DNA of 42,587 nucleotides from Nemertoderma westbladi (taxonomy: Eukaryota; Animalia; Xenacoelomorpha): positions 1 to 42,587 of the forward strand of contig JAUCBJ010006699.1 in the NCBI GenBank assembly GCA_032718475.1, in the 5' to 3' direction. Positions 1 to 12,738 of the stretch are shown piece by piece. Numbering within the stretch: position 1 is the first letter of the stretch; every line of letters starts with the position of its first letter. The notes beneath the pieces are model-generated. The model saw nothing but the letters and a program-made list of their open reading frames with translations, made no database searches and was not told the DNA's origin. Position numbers and translations under genes: made by a program.

Positions 1-38
1 TACGAACCAGCCCACACTTAAGAACTGAGATTAGTATG
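1..38 (+). CDS. Candidate coding exon (3' part) of an unidentified spliced host gene
   Basis: Frame from nt 3 reads RTSPHLRTEISM and ends at ATG|GTAACT (phase 0 donor), phase-compatible with the candidate exon at 1077. Very short, so weak support. Confidence 0.25.
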
Positions 39-574
39 GTAACTTTCTTTCTCTTTGTAGTGGATTTTCGTTTGTTAGTCAGGCGCAAACTATTATTTAA
101 ATAGTGTTTTATTGATAGGGGGACTTTCGACGGACGTGCGTTACGCCCTTAATTCAGGGTTAATTACGTTAAAAAATTCGAGCATAGTTTTTGGGTTCTT
201 ATGAGAAAATACTTATTTTTTCAAAATATTTTCTTTATTGTAAAGCAACTTATAATTGAGGAAAAATTACAAAACGACAAAAACTGTTTGAAGTTTATTA
301 TTGCAGATACAACAATCTTTCATTTGCTTCACAAAACGTACTAATGAATATTGGCGTAGGTCATTTGATTAGAAAATGAAAAATCTCATTCCGAGAAAAT
401 TTTCTTTAAAGTTTGAACCGTTCCACTTGGAATAGTCGGACGTCTGTTTTTAATCAAAAAATGCGGACAGACACATACTGCAACTCGATTTGTGAATAGC
501 GATGCTAGATTGGGTAATATAATATTAGGCCTCTACTGTTAGGGCCTACTTCTGTTACGAATTACCAATATTAA

Positions 575-579
<5 letters not shown>

Positions 580-613
<34 letters not shown>
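580..613 (+). repeat. Poly-G tract (G34); also G17 at 12818-12834 and G18 at 22297-22314
   Basis: Read directly from the sequence. Confidence 0.95.
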
Positions 614-614
<1 letters not shown>

Positions 615-1076
615 CGCGTCGCCACTGACTATAGCTCCCCGGTCATCACCACTTATCGAATTATTTATACTTAATGGAATCATGTATATTATAGTAATTA
701 GGTTAATAATGGTAACTTTCTATGAGCAACTGGGGCCAAACGAGGTTGCCAAACCAATTCAAATATAACAATTTAAATTAGCTTGATAACTTGGACTGTA
801 ACTGTGTAGAGTGTTAGTTAGTTTAATACCCAAATAGTTTAATAAGTAGGCAGGCCTAGACTGCGCAGCAGCAATTTAATTAACATAAACAATTTTTTAT
901 AATAATAAACAAACATAAAATTATGATGACACAATATATAAATACACATTTTAACATATTTAATAATACATATTATTAGTACAGTTTGAAGGTTAATTAA
1001 TCTATAATATAAACGACGGTACGATTTCTATATCTCGGATTGAAACAAACAGTTGTCACTACTGTACAAATAACAG

Positions 1077-1113
1077 CATTTTATCGATGCAGAAACTCTA
1101 CTAAATAGACTAT
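1077..1113 (+). CDS. Candidate 37-bp coding exon of the same host gene
   Basis: taacAG|CAT...CTAT|GTAAGG reads HFIDAETLLNRL plus 1 nt. Phase 0 in and phase 1 out bridges the exons at 1-38 and 11780-11928. Polypyrimidine tract is weak. Confidence 0.3.
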
Positions 1114-1440
1114 GTAAGGCAAATCTATGTAAATGCACCACAGAGCGGATTCCTATACTGAGAGCATCTCACTAGCACTACAGTAGCTACTGAATCCAAA
1201 CAGCAGTCTAACTGACTTTGTTAAGGCTACTTTATGACTGTTACATATCCGTTGACTGTAATAGACATCGGACCAAAGTGCAATATTTTAAAATTTAAAT
1301 AAATTACAATAAATATTACAACAGTAGCTATTGAAATGTAGAAGTTTAACTAGTTTACTGCACTTACTGAATCGTATGTCGGTATCTTTACTGGTACTTA
1401 ACATTGCCATGAGTTAAGCAGAACATTTAAGGTTAGTTAA

Positions 1441-2050
1441 TTATTTAGATTAGGCCAACTTAAGGTCCGATTATTTAGAGCAGCAGTAGTTCCAGTACTC
1501 CTCTATGGGAGTCCATACTGAGCTCTAACTGCTGAGGACTGCAAATCTCTGGATGGCACATTCACAAGAATGATACAGTACGACAGGTTCACTGTCAATT
1601 ACTTCAGTGCTCATATCTCCAACCAGACACTATATAACATGGAGGTGTCTAATTTGTCCCACCCAAGCTTGACACTAGAACAAAGCCGCCACCGCTTTGC
1701 AGGACATTTCTTTCGCCGTGAGACCAGCCTGTGCACAATCTTGTGCTTCGGCAGCCCCAAGGAGAAATTGTGGACAAGATGGACTGGACAGGACAGCCCA
1801 TTTCTTTCTTGAGAAGACGTCTCTTTCTTAGAGGACTGGCCTTGAAAATGCGGATAATCCCGCGAAAGGCATGGGGGATAGAGAGTTGTGGCGGTGTAAT
1901 TTTGTTGATAAGCCGGCATAGTATTCTTAATGCACGTTGCATTGGAGCATGCAATTGTGGATTGCATGGTGGTGACAAAAATAGTTTTGTTAAGCTGTCA
2001 AAGCATCTCAATGTGCAACACCAATGCAGCAGGCCGATTAGTAGTAGTTA
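1441..2050 (+). mobile_element. Decayed 3' fragment of an RTE-clade-like LINE
   Basis: Broken translation LFRAAVVPVLLYGS...LDGTFTRMI...HISNQTLY...RHRFAGHFFR...GQPISFLRR resembles the RTE ORF C-terminus. Ends GCCGATT plus a (TAG)n-like tail. Homologous pieces at 11370-11570, 39916-40145 and 41920-42080. Confidence 0.75.
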
Positions 2051-2309
2051 GTTAAGCAGATTCTATATTAATATTTCTAACTAATATTAGGCTGTTATAA
2101 ATAGAACCCTAACTATAAGTAATGGAAGGACATTCATCGTCGGCGTTATGGGAACATCATTTGGGACCGCGTTGTCAGTCGGCGCCTTCAACAGATCACT
2201 GGGCGAAAATGAAGACCCACAACCAACGAGGAGGCGTTCCTAAAACAGTCGGGGTGTATGATGATAAACGGATAGGTAAGGCGGCACTAGGGGGGTGTAT
2301 GATGATAAA

Positions 2310-2709
2310 TGTAAAGATGATAGAAAAACCCTATCAACTTCTCCCAACCTTATAACCCAACCTGCAACCCTATATTTGTACTTTAGATTGACAGCTTACA
2401 ACTAACTCGGTGTACTTTCCCTATCACAATTACCTTACGTTATACAGTACATACATACATGTTAACCTTTCTGGGATTCACCTATCAGGTATTCCCCTTT
2501 AAAACTTATATATATATATATATAGACCCCCACCTTTTCCTGTTAGTTGCCAGTACATAGTCTGATGGAGACCGGTAGGTCGAAAACGTTTACTATTGTA
2601 TCTTTATCTAATATAATATAACCAGCTAAAGACCCTCAATACTTTATTTTTTCTATCATCTTTACACTATGCTGCCGCTGGTGAATGCCTACCACTTCAT
2701 CCGTTCGTT
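2310..2709 (+). mobile_element. Penelope-like element pseudo-LTR remnant
   Basis: 2310-2328 (TGTAAAGATGATAGAAAAA) is the exact reverse complement of 2648-2666, which is followed by a 43-nt tail. Contains a minimal hammerhead motif. Flanked by TATGATGATAAA at 2298-2309 and 2710-2721 (possible 12-bp TSD). Confidence 0.7.
2554..2600 (+). ncRNA. Minimal type I hammerhead ribozyme-like motif
   Basis: Stem I ATAGT/ACTAT, core CTGATG(G)A, stem II GACC-ggta-GGTC, GAAA, palindromic stem III AACGTT. One extra or substituted G relative to the CUGANGA consensus. Confidence 0.7.
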
Positions 2710-5700
2710 TATGATGATAAACGGATAGGTAAGGCGGGACTAGGGGTGTATGATGATAAACGGATAGGTAAGGCGGGACTAGGAGGTGTATGATGATAAA
2801 CGGATAGGTAAGGCGGGACTGGGGGTGATGATAAACGGATAGGTAAGGCGGGACTAGGGGTGTATGATGGACGGATAGGTAAGGCGGGACTAGGGGGTGT
2901 ATGATGATAAACGGATAGGTAAGGCGGGACTAGGGGGTGATAATAAACGGATAGGTAAGGCGGGACTAGGGGGTGTATGATGATAAACGGATAGGTAAGG
3001 CGGGACTAGGGGGTGATGATAAACAATAGGTAAGGCGGGACTAGGGGGTGTATGATAATAAACGGATAGGTAAGGCGGGACTAGGGGGTGTATGATGATA
3101 AACGGATATGTAAGGCGGGACTAGGGGGTGATAATAAACGAATAGGTAAGGCGGGACTAGGGGGTGATAATAAACGGATAGGTAAGACGGGACTAGGGGG
3201 TGTATGATGATAAACGGATAGGTAAGACGGGACTAGGGGGTGTATGATGATAAACGGATAGGTAAGGCGGGACTAGGGGGTGATAATAAACGGATAGGTA
3301 AGGCGGGACTAGGGGGTGTATGATGATAAACGGATAGGTAAGGCGGAACTAGGGGGTGTATGATGATTAACGGATAGGTAAGGCGGGACTAGGGGGTGTA
3401 TGATGATAAACGGATAGGTAAGGCGGGACTAGGGGGTGATGATAAACAATAGGTAAGGCGGGACTAGGGGGTGTATGATAATAAACGGATAGGTAAGGCG
3501 GGACTAGGGGGTGTATGATGATAAACGGATAGGTAAGGCGGGACTAGGGGGTATATGATGATAAACGGATAGGTAAGGCGGAACTAGGGGGTGTATGATG
3601 ATTAACGGATAGGTAAGGCGGGACTAGGGGGTGTATGATGATAAACGGATAGGTAAGGCGGGACTAGGGGGTGATGATAAACAATAGGTAAGGCGGGACT
3701 AGGGGGTGTATGATAATAAACGGATAGGTAAGGCGGGACTAGGGGGTGATAATAAACGGATAGGTAAGGCGGGACTAGGGGGTGTATGATGATAAACGGA
3801 TAGGTAAGGCGGAACTAGGGGGTGTATGATGATTAACGGATAGGTAAGGCGGGACTAGGGGGTGTATGATGATAAACGGATAGGTAAGGCGGGACTAGGG
3901 GGTGATGATAAACAATAGGTAAGGCGGGACTAGGGGGTGTATGATAATAAACGGATAGGTAAGGCGGGACTAGGGGGTGTATGATGATAAACGGATAGGT
4001 AAGGCGGGACTAGGGGGTATATGATGATAAACGGATAGGTAAGGCGGGACTAGGGGGTGTATGATGATAAACGGATAGGTAAGGCGGGACTGGGGGTGAT
4101 AATAAACGGATAGGTAAGGCGGGACTAGGGGGTGATAATAAACGGATAGGTAAGGCGGGACTAGGGGGGTGTATGATGATAAACGGATAGGTAAGGCGGG
4201 ACTAGGGGGGTGTATGATGATAAACGGATAGGTAAGGCGGGACTAGGGGGTGTATGATGATAAACGGATAGGTAAGGCGGGACTAGGGGGTGTATGTTGA
4301 TAAACGGATAGGTAAGGCGAAACTAGGGGGTGTATGATGGATGGATATGTAAGGCGGGACTAGGGGAGTGTATGATGATAAACGGATAGGTAAGGCGGGA
4401 CTAGGGGGTGATGATAAACGGATAGGTAAGGCGGGACTAGGGGGTGTATGATGATAAACGGATAGGTAAGGCGGGACTAGGGGGGTGTATGATGATAAAC
4501 GGATAGGTAAGGCGGGACTAGGGGGTGTATGATGATAAACGGATAGGTAAGGCGGGACTAGGGGGTGTATGTTGATAAACGGATAGGTAAGGCGAAACTA
4601 GGGGGTGTATGATGGATGGATATGTAAGGCGGGACTAGGGGAGTGTATGATGATAAACGGATAGGTAAGGCGGGACTAGGGGGTGATGATAAACGGATAG
4701 GTAAGGCGGGACTAGGGGGTGTATGATGATAAACGGATAGGTAAGGCGGGACTAGGGGGTGATGATAAACGGATAGGTAAGGCGGGACTAGGGGGTGTAT
4801 GATGATAAACGGATAGGTAAGGCGGGACTAGGGGGTGTATGTTGATAAACGGATAGGTATGGCGGGACTAGGGGGTGTATGATGGACGGATATGTAAGGC
4901 GGGACTAGGGGGTGTATGTTGATAAACGGATAGGTAAGGCGGGACTAGGGGGTGTATGTTGATAAACGGATAGGTATGGCGGGACTAGGGGGTGTATGAT
5001 GGACGGATATGTAAGGCGGGACTAGGGGGTGTATGTTGATAAACGGATAGGTATGGCGGGACTAGGGGGTGTATGATGATAAACGGATAGGTAAGGCGGG
5101 ACTAGGGGGTGTATGATGATAAACGGATAGGTAAGGCGAGACTAGGGGGTGTATGATGATAAACGGATAGGTAAGGCGAGACTAGGGGGGTGTATGATGA
5201 TAAACGGATAGGTAAGGCGGGACTAGGGGGGTGTGTGATGATAAACGGATAGGTAAGGCGGGACTAGGGGGTGTATGATGATAAACGGATAGGTAAGGCG
5301 GGACTAGGGGGTGTAGGATGATAAACGGATAGGTAAGGCGGGTCTAGGGGGTGATGATAAACGGATAGGTAAGGCGGGACTAGGGGGTGTATGATGATAA
5401 ACGGATAGGTAAGGCGGGACTAGGGGGTGTATGATGATAAACGGATAGGTAAGGCGGGACTAGGGGGTGTATGATGATAAACGGATAGGTAAGGCGGGCC
5501 TAGGGGGTGTATGATGATAAACGGATAGGTAAGGCGGGACTAGGGGGTGTATGATGATAAACGGATAGGTAAGGCGGGACTAGGGGGTGTATGATAATAA
5601 ACGGATAGGTAAGGCGGGACTAGGGGGTGATGATAAACGGATAGGTAAGGCGAAACTAGGGGGTGTATAATGGATGGATATGTAAGGCGGGACTAGGGTG

Positions 5701-8700
5701 TGATAATAAACGGATAGGTAAGGCGGGACTAGGGGGTGTATGATGATAAACGGATAGGTAAGGCGGGACTAGGGGGTGTATGATGATAAACGGATAGGTA
5801 AGGCGAGACTAGGGGGGTGTATGATGATAAACGGATAGGTAAGGCGGGACTAGGGGGGTGTGTGATGATAAACGGATAGGTAAGGCGGGACTAGGGGGTG
5901 TATGATGATAAACGGATAGGTAAGGCGGGACTAGGGGGTGTAGGATGATAAACGGATAGGTAAGGCGGGTCTAGGGGGTGATGATAAACGGATAGGTAAG
6001 GCGGGACTAGGGGGTGTATGATGATAAACGGATAGGTAAGGCGGGACTAGGGGGTGTATGATGATAAACGGATAGGTAAGGCGGGACTAGGGGGTGTATG
6101 ATGATAAACGGATAGGTAAGGCGGGCCTAGGGGGTGTATGATGATAAACGGATAGGTAAGGCGGGACTAGGGGGTGTATGATGATAAACGGATAGGTAAG
6201 GCGGGACTAGGGGGTGTATGATAATAAACGGATAGGTAAGGCGGGACTAGGGGGTGATGATAAACGGATAGGTAAGGCGAAACTAGGGGGTGTATAATGG
6301 ATGGATATGTAAGGCGGGACTAGGGTGTGATAATAAACGGATAGGTAAGGCGGGACTAGGGGGTGTATGATGATAAACGGATAGGTAAGGCGGGACTAGG
6401 GGGTGATGATAAACGGATAGGTAAGGCGGGACTAGGGGGTGTATGATGATAAACGGATAGGTAAGGCGAGACTAGGGGGGTGTATGATGATAAACGGATA
6501 GGTAAGGCGGGACTAGGGGGTGTATGATGATAAACGGATAGGTAAGGCGGGCCTAGGGGGTGTATGATGATAAACGGATAGGTAAGGCGGGACTAGGGGG
6601 TGTATGATGATAAACGGATAGGTAAGGCGGGACTAGGGGGTGTATGATGATAAACGGATAGGTAAGGCGGGACTAGGGGGTGTATGATAATAAACGGATA
6701 GGTAAGGCGGGACTAGGGGGTGATAATAAACGGATAGGTAAGGCGGGACTAGGGGGTGATGATAAACGGATAGGTAAGGCGGGACTAGGGGGTGATAATA
6801 AACGGATAGGTAAGGCGGGACTAGGGGGTGATGATAAACGGATAGGTATGGCGGGACTAGGGGGTGTATGATGATAAACGGATAGGTAAGGCGGGACTAG
6901 GGGGTGTATGATGATAAACGGATAGGTAAGGCGGGACTAGGGGGTGTATGATGATAAACGGATAGGTAAGGCGAGACTAGGGGGGTGTATGATGATAAAC
7001 GGATAGGTAAGGCGGGACTAGGGGGTGTATGATGATAAACGGATAGGTAAGGCGGGACTAGGGGGGTGTATGATAATAAACGGATAGGTAAGGCGGGCCT
7101 AGGGGGTGTATGATGATAAACGGATAGGTAAGGCGGGCCTAGGGGGTGTATGATGATAAACGGATAGGTAAGGCGGGACTAGGGGGTGATGATAAACGGA
7201 TAGGTAAGGCGGGACTGGGGGTGATGATAAACGGATAGGTAAGGCGGGACTGGGGGGTGTATGATGATAAACGGATAGGTAAGGCGGGACTAGGGGGTGT
7301 ATGACGATAAACGGATAGGTAAGGCGGGACTAGGGGGGTGTATGATGATAAACGGATAGGTAAGGCGGGACTAGGGGGTGATGATAAACGGATAGGTAAG
7401 GCGGACTGGGGGTGATGATAAACGGATAGGTAAGGCGGGACTAGGGGGTGTATGATGATAAACGGATAGGTAAGGCGGGACTAGGGGGTGTATGACGATA
7501 AACGGATAGGTAAGGCGGGACTAGGGGGGTGTATGATGATAAACGGATAGGTAAGGCGGGACTAGGGGGTGATGATAAACGGATAGGTAAGGCGGACTGG
7601 GGGTGATGATAAACGGATAGGTAAGGCGGGACTGGGGGTGATGATAAACGGATAGGTAAGGCGGGACTAGGGGGTGTATGATGATAAACGGATAGGTAAG
7701 GCGGGACTAGGGGGTGTATGATGATAAACGGATAGGTAAGGCGGGACTAGGGGGTGTATGACGATAAACGGATAGGTAAGGCGGGACTAGGGGGGTGTAT
7801 GATGATAAACGGATAGGTAAGGCGGGACTAGGGGGTGATGATAAACGGATAGGTAAGGCGGACTGGGGGTGATGATAAACGGATAGGTAAGGCGGGACTG
7901 GGGGTGATGATAAACGGATAGGTAAGGCGGGACTAGGGTGTGTATGATGGACGGATATGTAAGGCGGGACTAGGGGGGTGTATGATGATAAACTGATAGG
8001 TAAGGCGGGACTAGGGGGTGATGATAAACGGATAGGTAAGGCGGGACTGGGGGTGATGATAAACGGATAGGTAAGGCGGGACTGGGGGTGATGATAAACG
8101 GATAGGTAAGGCGGGACTAGGGGGGTGTATGATGGACGGATATGTAAGGCGGGACTAGGGGGGTGTATGATGATAAACGTATAGGTAAGGCGGGACTAGG
8201 GGGTGATGATAAACGGATAGGTAAGGCGGGACTAGGGGGTGTATGATGGACGGATATGTAAGGCGGGACTAGGGGGTGATGATAAACGGATAGGTAAGGC
8301 GGGACTAGGGGGTGATGATAAACGGATAGGTAAGGCGGGACTGGGGGTGTATGATGATAAACGGATAGGTAAGGCGGGACTGGGGGTGATGATAAACGGA
8401 TAGGTAAGGCGGGACTGGGGGTGTATGATGATAAACGGATAGGTAAGGCGGGACTGGGGGTGATGATAAACGGATAGGTAAGGCGGGACTAGGGGGGTGT
8501 ATGATGGACGGATATGTAAGGCGGGACTTAGGGGGTGTATGATGATAAACGGATAGGTAAGGCGGCACTAGGGGGTGTATGATGATAAACGGATAGGTAT
8601 GGCGGGACTAGGGGGTGTATGATAATAAACGGATAGGTAAGGCGGGACTAGGGGGTGATGATAAACGGATAGGTAAGGCGGGACTGGGGGTGATGATAAA

Positions 8701-10869
8701 CGGATAGGTAAGGCGGGACTAGGGGGTGATGATAAACGATAGGTAAGGCGGGACTAGGGGGTGTATGATGATAAACGGATAGGTAAGGCGGGACTAGGGG
8801 GTGATAATAAACGGATAGGTAAGGCGGGACTAGGGGGTGTATGATAATAAACGGATAGGTAAGGCGGGACTAGGGGGTGTATGATGATAAACGGATAGGT
8901 AAGGCGGGACTAGGGGGTGATAATAAACGGATAGGTAAGGCGGGACTAGGGGGTGATGATATACGGATAGGTAAGGCGGGACTAGGGGGTGATAATAAAC
9001 GGATAGGTAAGGCGGGACTAGGGGGTGTATGATGATAAACGGATAGGTAAGGCGGGACTAGGGGGTGATAATAAACGGATAGGTAAGGCGGGACTAGGGG
9101 GTGTATGATGATAAACGGATATGTAAGGCGGGACTAGGGGGTGTATGATGATAAACGGATAGGTAAGGCGGGACTAGGGGGTGATAATAAACGGATAGGT
9201 AAGGCGGGACTAGGGGGTGTATGATGATAAACGGATAGGTAAGGCGGGACTAGGGGGTGATAATAAACGGATAGGTAAGGCGGGACTAGGGGGTGATGAT
9301 AAACGGATAGGTAAGGCGGGACTAGGGGGTGTATGATGATAAACGGATAGGTAAGGCGGGACTAGGGGGTGATAATAAACGGATATGTAAGGCGGGACTA
9401 GGGGGTGATAATAAACGGATAGGTAAGGCGGGACTAGGGGGTGATAATAAACGGATAGGTAAGGCGGGACTAGGGGGTGATGATAAACGGATAGGTAAGG
9501 CGGGACTAGGGGGTGATAATAAACGGATAGGTAAGGCGGGACTAGGGGGTGTATGATGATAAACGGATAGGTAAGGCGGGACTAGGGGGTGATAATAAAC
9601 GGATATGTAAGGCGGGACTAGGGGGTGATAATAAACGGATAGGTAAGGCGGGACTAGGGGGTGATAATAAACGGATAGGTAAGGCGGGACTAGGGGGTGA
9701 TAATAAACGGATAGGTAAGGCGGGACTAGGGGGTGTATGATGATAAACGGATAGGTAAGGCGGGACTAGGGGGTGTATGATGATAAACGGATAGGTAAGG
9801 CGGAAGTAGGGGGTATTGATAAACGGATAGGTAAGGCGGGACTAGGGGGTGTATGATGATAAACGGATAGGTAAGGCGGGACTAGGGGGTGTATGATGAT
9901 AAACGGATAGGTAAGGCGGGACTAGGGGGTGTATGATGATAAACGGATAGGTAAGGCGGGACTAGGGGGTGATAATAAACGGATAGGTAAGGCGGGACTA
10001 GGGGGTGTATGATGATAAACGGATATGTAAGGCGGGACTAGGGGGTGTATGATGATAAACGGATAGGTAAGGCGGAAGTAGGGGGTATTGATAAACGGAT
10101 AGGTAAGGCGGGACTAGGGGGTGTATGATGATAAACGGATAGGTAAAGCGGGACTAGGGGGTGTATGATGATAAACGGATAGGTAAGGCGGGACTAGGGG
10201 GTGATGATAAACGGATAGGTAAGGCGGGACTGGGGGTGATGATAAACGGATAGGTAAGGCGGGACTGGGGGTGTATGATGATAAACGGATAGGTAAGGCG
10301 GGACTAGGGGGTGTATGATGATAAACGGATAGGTAAGGCGGGACTAGGGGATGTATGATGATAAACGGATAGGTAAGGCGGGACTAGGGGGTGATGATAA
10401 ACGGATAGGTAAGGCGGGACTAGGGGGGTGATAATAAACGGATAGGTAAGGCGGTACTGGGGGTGATGATAAACGGATAGGTAAGGCGGGACTAGGGGGT
10501 GTATGATGATAAACGGATAGGTAAGGCGGGACTAGGGGATGTATGATGATAAACGGATAGGTAAGGCGGGACTAGGGGGTGATGATAAACGGATAGGTAA
10601 GGCGGGACTAGGGTGTGTTGATAAACGGATAGGTAAGGTGGGACTAGGGTGTGTATGATAAACGGATAGGTAAGGCGGGACTAGGGGGTGTATGATGATA
10701 AACGGATAGGTAAGGCGGGACTAGGGGGTGTATGATAAACGGATAGGTAAGGCGGGACTAGGGGGTGATGATATACGGATAGGTAAGGCTAGCTAGTGGC
10801 GTTTGCTAGTGTATTTTGTTTATAGACGGGTCCTGAGTGAATACTCAATCAATTTTCCTTTTGCTGTGG

Positions 10870-11350
10870 ATTTATTGGGGTCAAAGAATTAAAAAGTCGA
10901 AAATAATAATTTTTTATAGAATGCAGAAAACGATGGTTTTAATTTTTTTATCCTAATGGCACAGAGTTCCAGATGGCAGGGCCTCGAAAACTCACGGAAC
11001 GTTGGGAGGAGGTAAGCCTGAAAAGGGGGGTTGTATAATCACCTCGGGCTGAGGAACGAGTATTGTAGTTGTGTGAAATGGAGCGTCTGCTGAAAAGTTA
11101 GCCTAGCGTGGAGGAGGTTGAGATTGTGTGAGAATGAATATCGTACATGAAGTTGGCGACAGTGAGATCGTATAGTTTGTTAAGAGGTAAAATTTTGAGT
11201 TCTTTGAAAAGTGGTAACGCGGTCGATTGATAGTGGAAGAATGTAATGCAGCGTATCAGTTTATTAATCCTCTGAGGTTGTCACTGTTGAATGGGATGAC
11301 CAGGATTTGGAAGTCACATAGAATACATCGGAGGGTAGAAACAGTACTAC
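10870..11350 (-). mobile_element. Decayed 3' fragment of an L2/Crack-like (CR1-group) LINE
   Basis: Minus strand reads NKLIRCITFFHYQSTALPLFKELKILPLNKLYDLTVANFMY...HNYNTR...SVSFRGPAIWNSVP with stops and frameshifts, typical of the ORF2 C-terminus. Confidence 0.8.
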
Positions 11351-11369
11351 TATGGGATCCATGCTGCAT

Positions 11370-11570
11370 TGCTGGGCTTTTGCAGGGCATTTCTTTCGCT
11401 GCGGGGACCAACCGGTGCGCGAGAGACGCCTCCAAAATGGACACTGGCTCTGGCCTTGAAGATCCCCGTGGAAGTCAAAGTTTATAAGTAGTTGTGGCGG
11501 CGAAATTTAGTTGACAATCACGCATAGCATACTTAATACTTAAAGCAAGCTGGAATGCAGCATGCCGATT
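11370..11570 (+). mobile_element. Internally deleted RTE-like LINE 3' fragment
   Basis: FAGHFFRCGDQP, CTGGCCTTGAA, AGTTGTGGCGG and the GCCGATT end are shared with the copy at 1441-2050. Confidence 0.65.
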
Positions 11571-11779
11571 ACAGATAGGTAATCTGTGTTTGGTTGGGAT
11601 CCCCCATTACGACGGTAATCCAATATCGGCGAATAAATAGCTCGTCCCAATGTAACACCAACAATTAAGGGAAAGGAACAGGTTACAGTGGCACGTTATT
11701 CTAACCAAAACAATAAACTAAAGTCAACAGAACATATTACACTGTGAGTGATAAATTCTACTTTTCATTTTTTCGATAG

Positions 11780-11928
11780 CTAAGTCTATGGAAGCTTACC
11801 TGAAGGATGCTTTGCGACACGAATATAAGAAAAACACCCAGACTGACAGAAAACAGCCGGTATTCAACCTACCACGACCACGCAGCCGCAGGGAGACATG
11901 GAATAACCAGTACCACAAACGGGCAATG
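11780..11928 (+). CDS. Probable penultimate coding exon of an unidentified host gene
   Basis: Strong acceptor cttttcattttttcgatAG and donor ATG|GTAAGA enclose an open frame KSMEAYLKDALRHEYKK...RETWNNQYHKRAM. Confidence 0.55.
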
Positions 11929-12048
11929 GTAAGAGTTACGGTTGCTAAAAACCCAGTACCGAAAATAGTGAGATAAAGTAATACATTCCCTAACCAGTAT
12001 TAGTTTATATTACTAGTTACCCTCGTTTTATTTAGGAGTAGGCATCAA

Positions 12049-12450
12049 GCCCCGTTCACATCAAACGGTGCGTGAGCGGTAAAGTAGTCTAGCGGTATTG
12101 AAGCGGTAAGCCAGCGGTACACTACGCGGAGCCCGTTCACACCCAACGGTACTGATTGTCTATTTGTCGACTTTGAATTCAACAGGAAATTACATTAATT
12201 GTTTTGATGAAGTAATGTAATTCCAGTTAGTGTAGATAGTTGCAAAATTTATAATAATAAGTAAACGGAGCAACACAGCGATATCGTAAATATATTTCGA
12301 ATTAATTATAAATTAATTGTTTTAACATTGTTTAAATGGGCTGTGGTAAACCGCGCGGTTTAGCGCACAACTACCTGTTGGGTCGTTCACAGTCAGCGGT
12401 GTACCGCTGGCCCTGCGGTACACCGCGCGGTAAGAATTCATTGTTCACAT
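12049..12450. mobile_element. MITE-like arm with repeated (GCCC)GTTCACA and GCGGTA motifs, possibly PIF/Harbinger-type
   Basis: GTTCACA at about 12054, 12135, 12385 and 12443 with many GCGGTA. No matching opposite TIR found. Confidence 0.35.
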
Positions 12451-12627
12451 AAAATTGTATTGTATAACGCCTTCTGTCCTTCTTTGTTATTGTACATAAA
12501 AAAACATTCTATAACTCGTGACAATTTAAACTAGTGACATATATAATGTTATTTTCTCCGGTAAAAATTTATATAACGAATCACTTTATTTACTGTATTG
12601 GTTGATTTTTCGTTTGATTTACTGCAG

Positions 12628-12738
12628 GTTGGATTTCGTTACTGGACTTTATCGGACACCAAGTTAGTTCATAGATACAGCAAGATAGCCGTGGGTAGTC
12701 GGGGAACATTTCTTGGTCTGGGAGAGACTAGAACGTAG
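12628..12738 (+). CDS. Probable terminal coding exon of the same host gene
   Basis: Acceptor ttttcgtttgatttactgcAG. Phase 0 continues the previous exon: VGFRYWTLSDTKLVHRYSKIAVGSRGTFLGLGETRT*. ATTAAA near 12779 and AATAAA near 12990. Confidence 0.55.
   Translation, partial: VGFRYWTLSDTKLVHRYSKIAVGSRGTFLGLGETRT

Larger units (their letters stand above)
2251..10788 (+). repeat. G-rich satellite, ~40-bp unit GTGTATGATGATAAACGGATAGGTAAGGCGGGACTAGGGG with a 36-bp variant lacking TGTA; roughly 200 copies
   Basis: Tandem array visible directly. Main block 2710-10788, with ~1.5 units at 2251-2309 separated by a 400-bp insert. Confidence 0.98.

Noticed and set aside
6680-9740. ORFs encoding (DNKRIGKAGLGG)n
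   Set aside because: By-products of runs of the 36-bp satellite variant.
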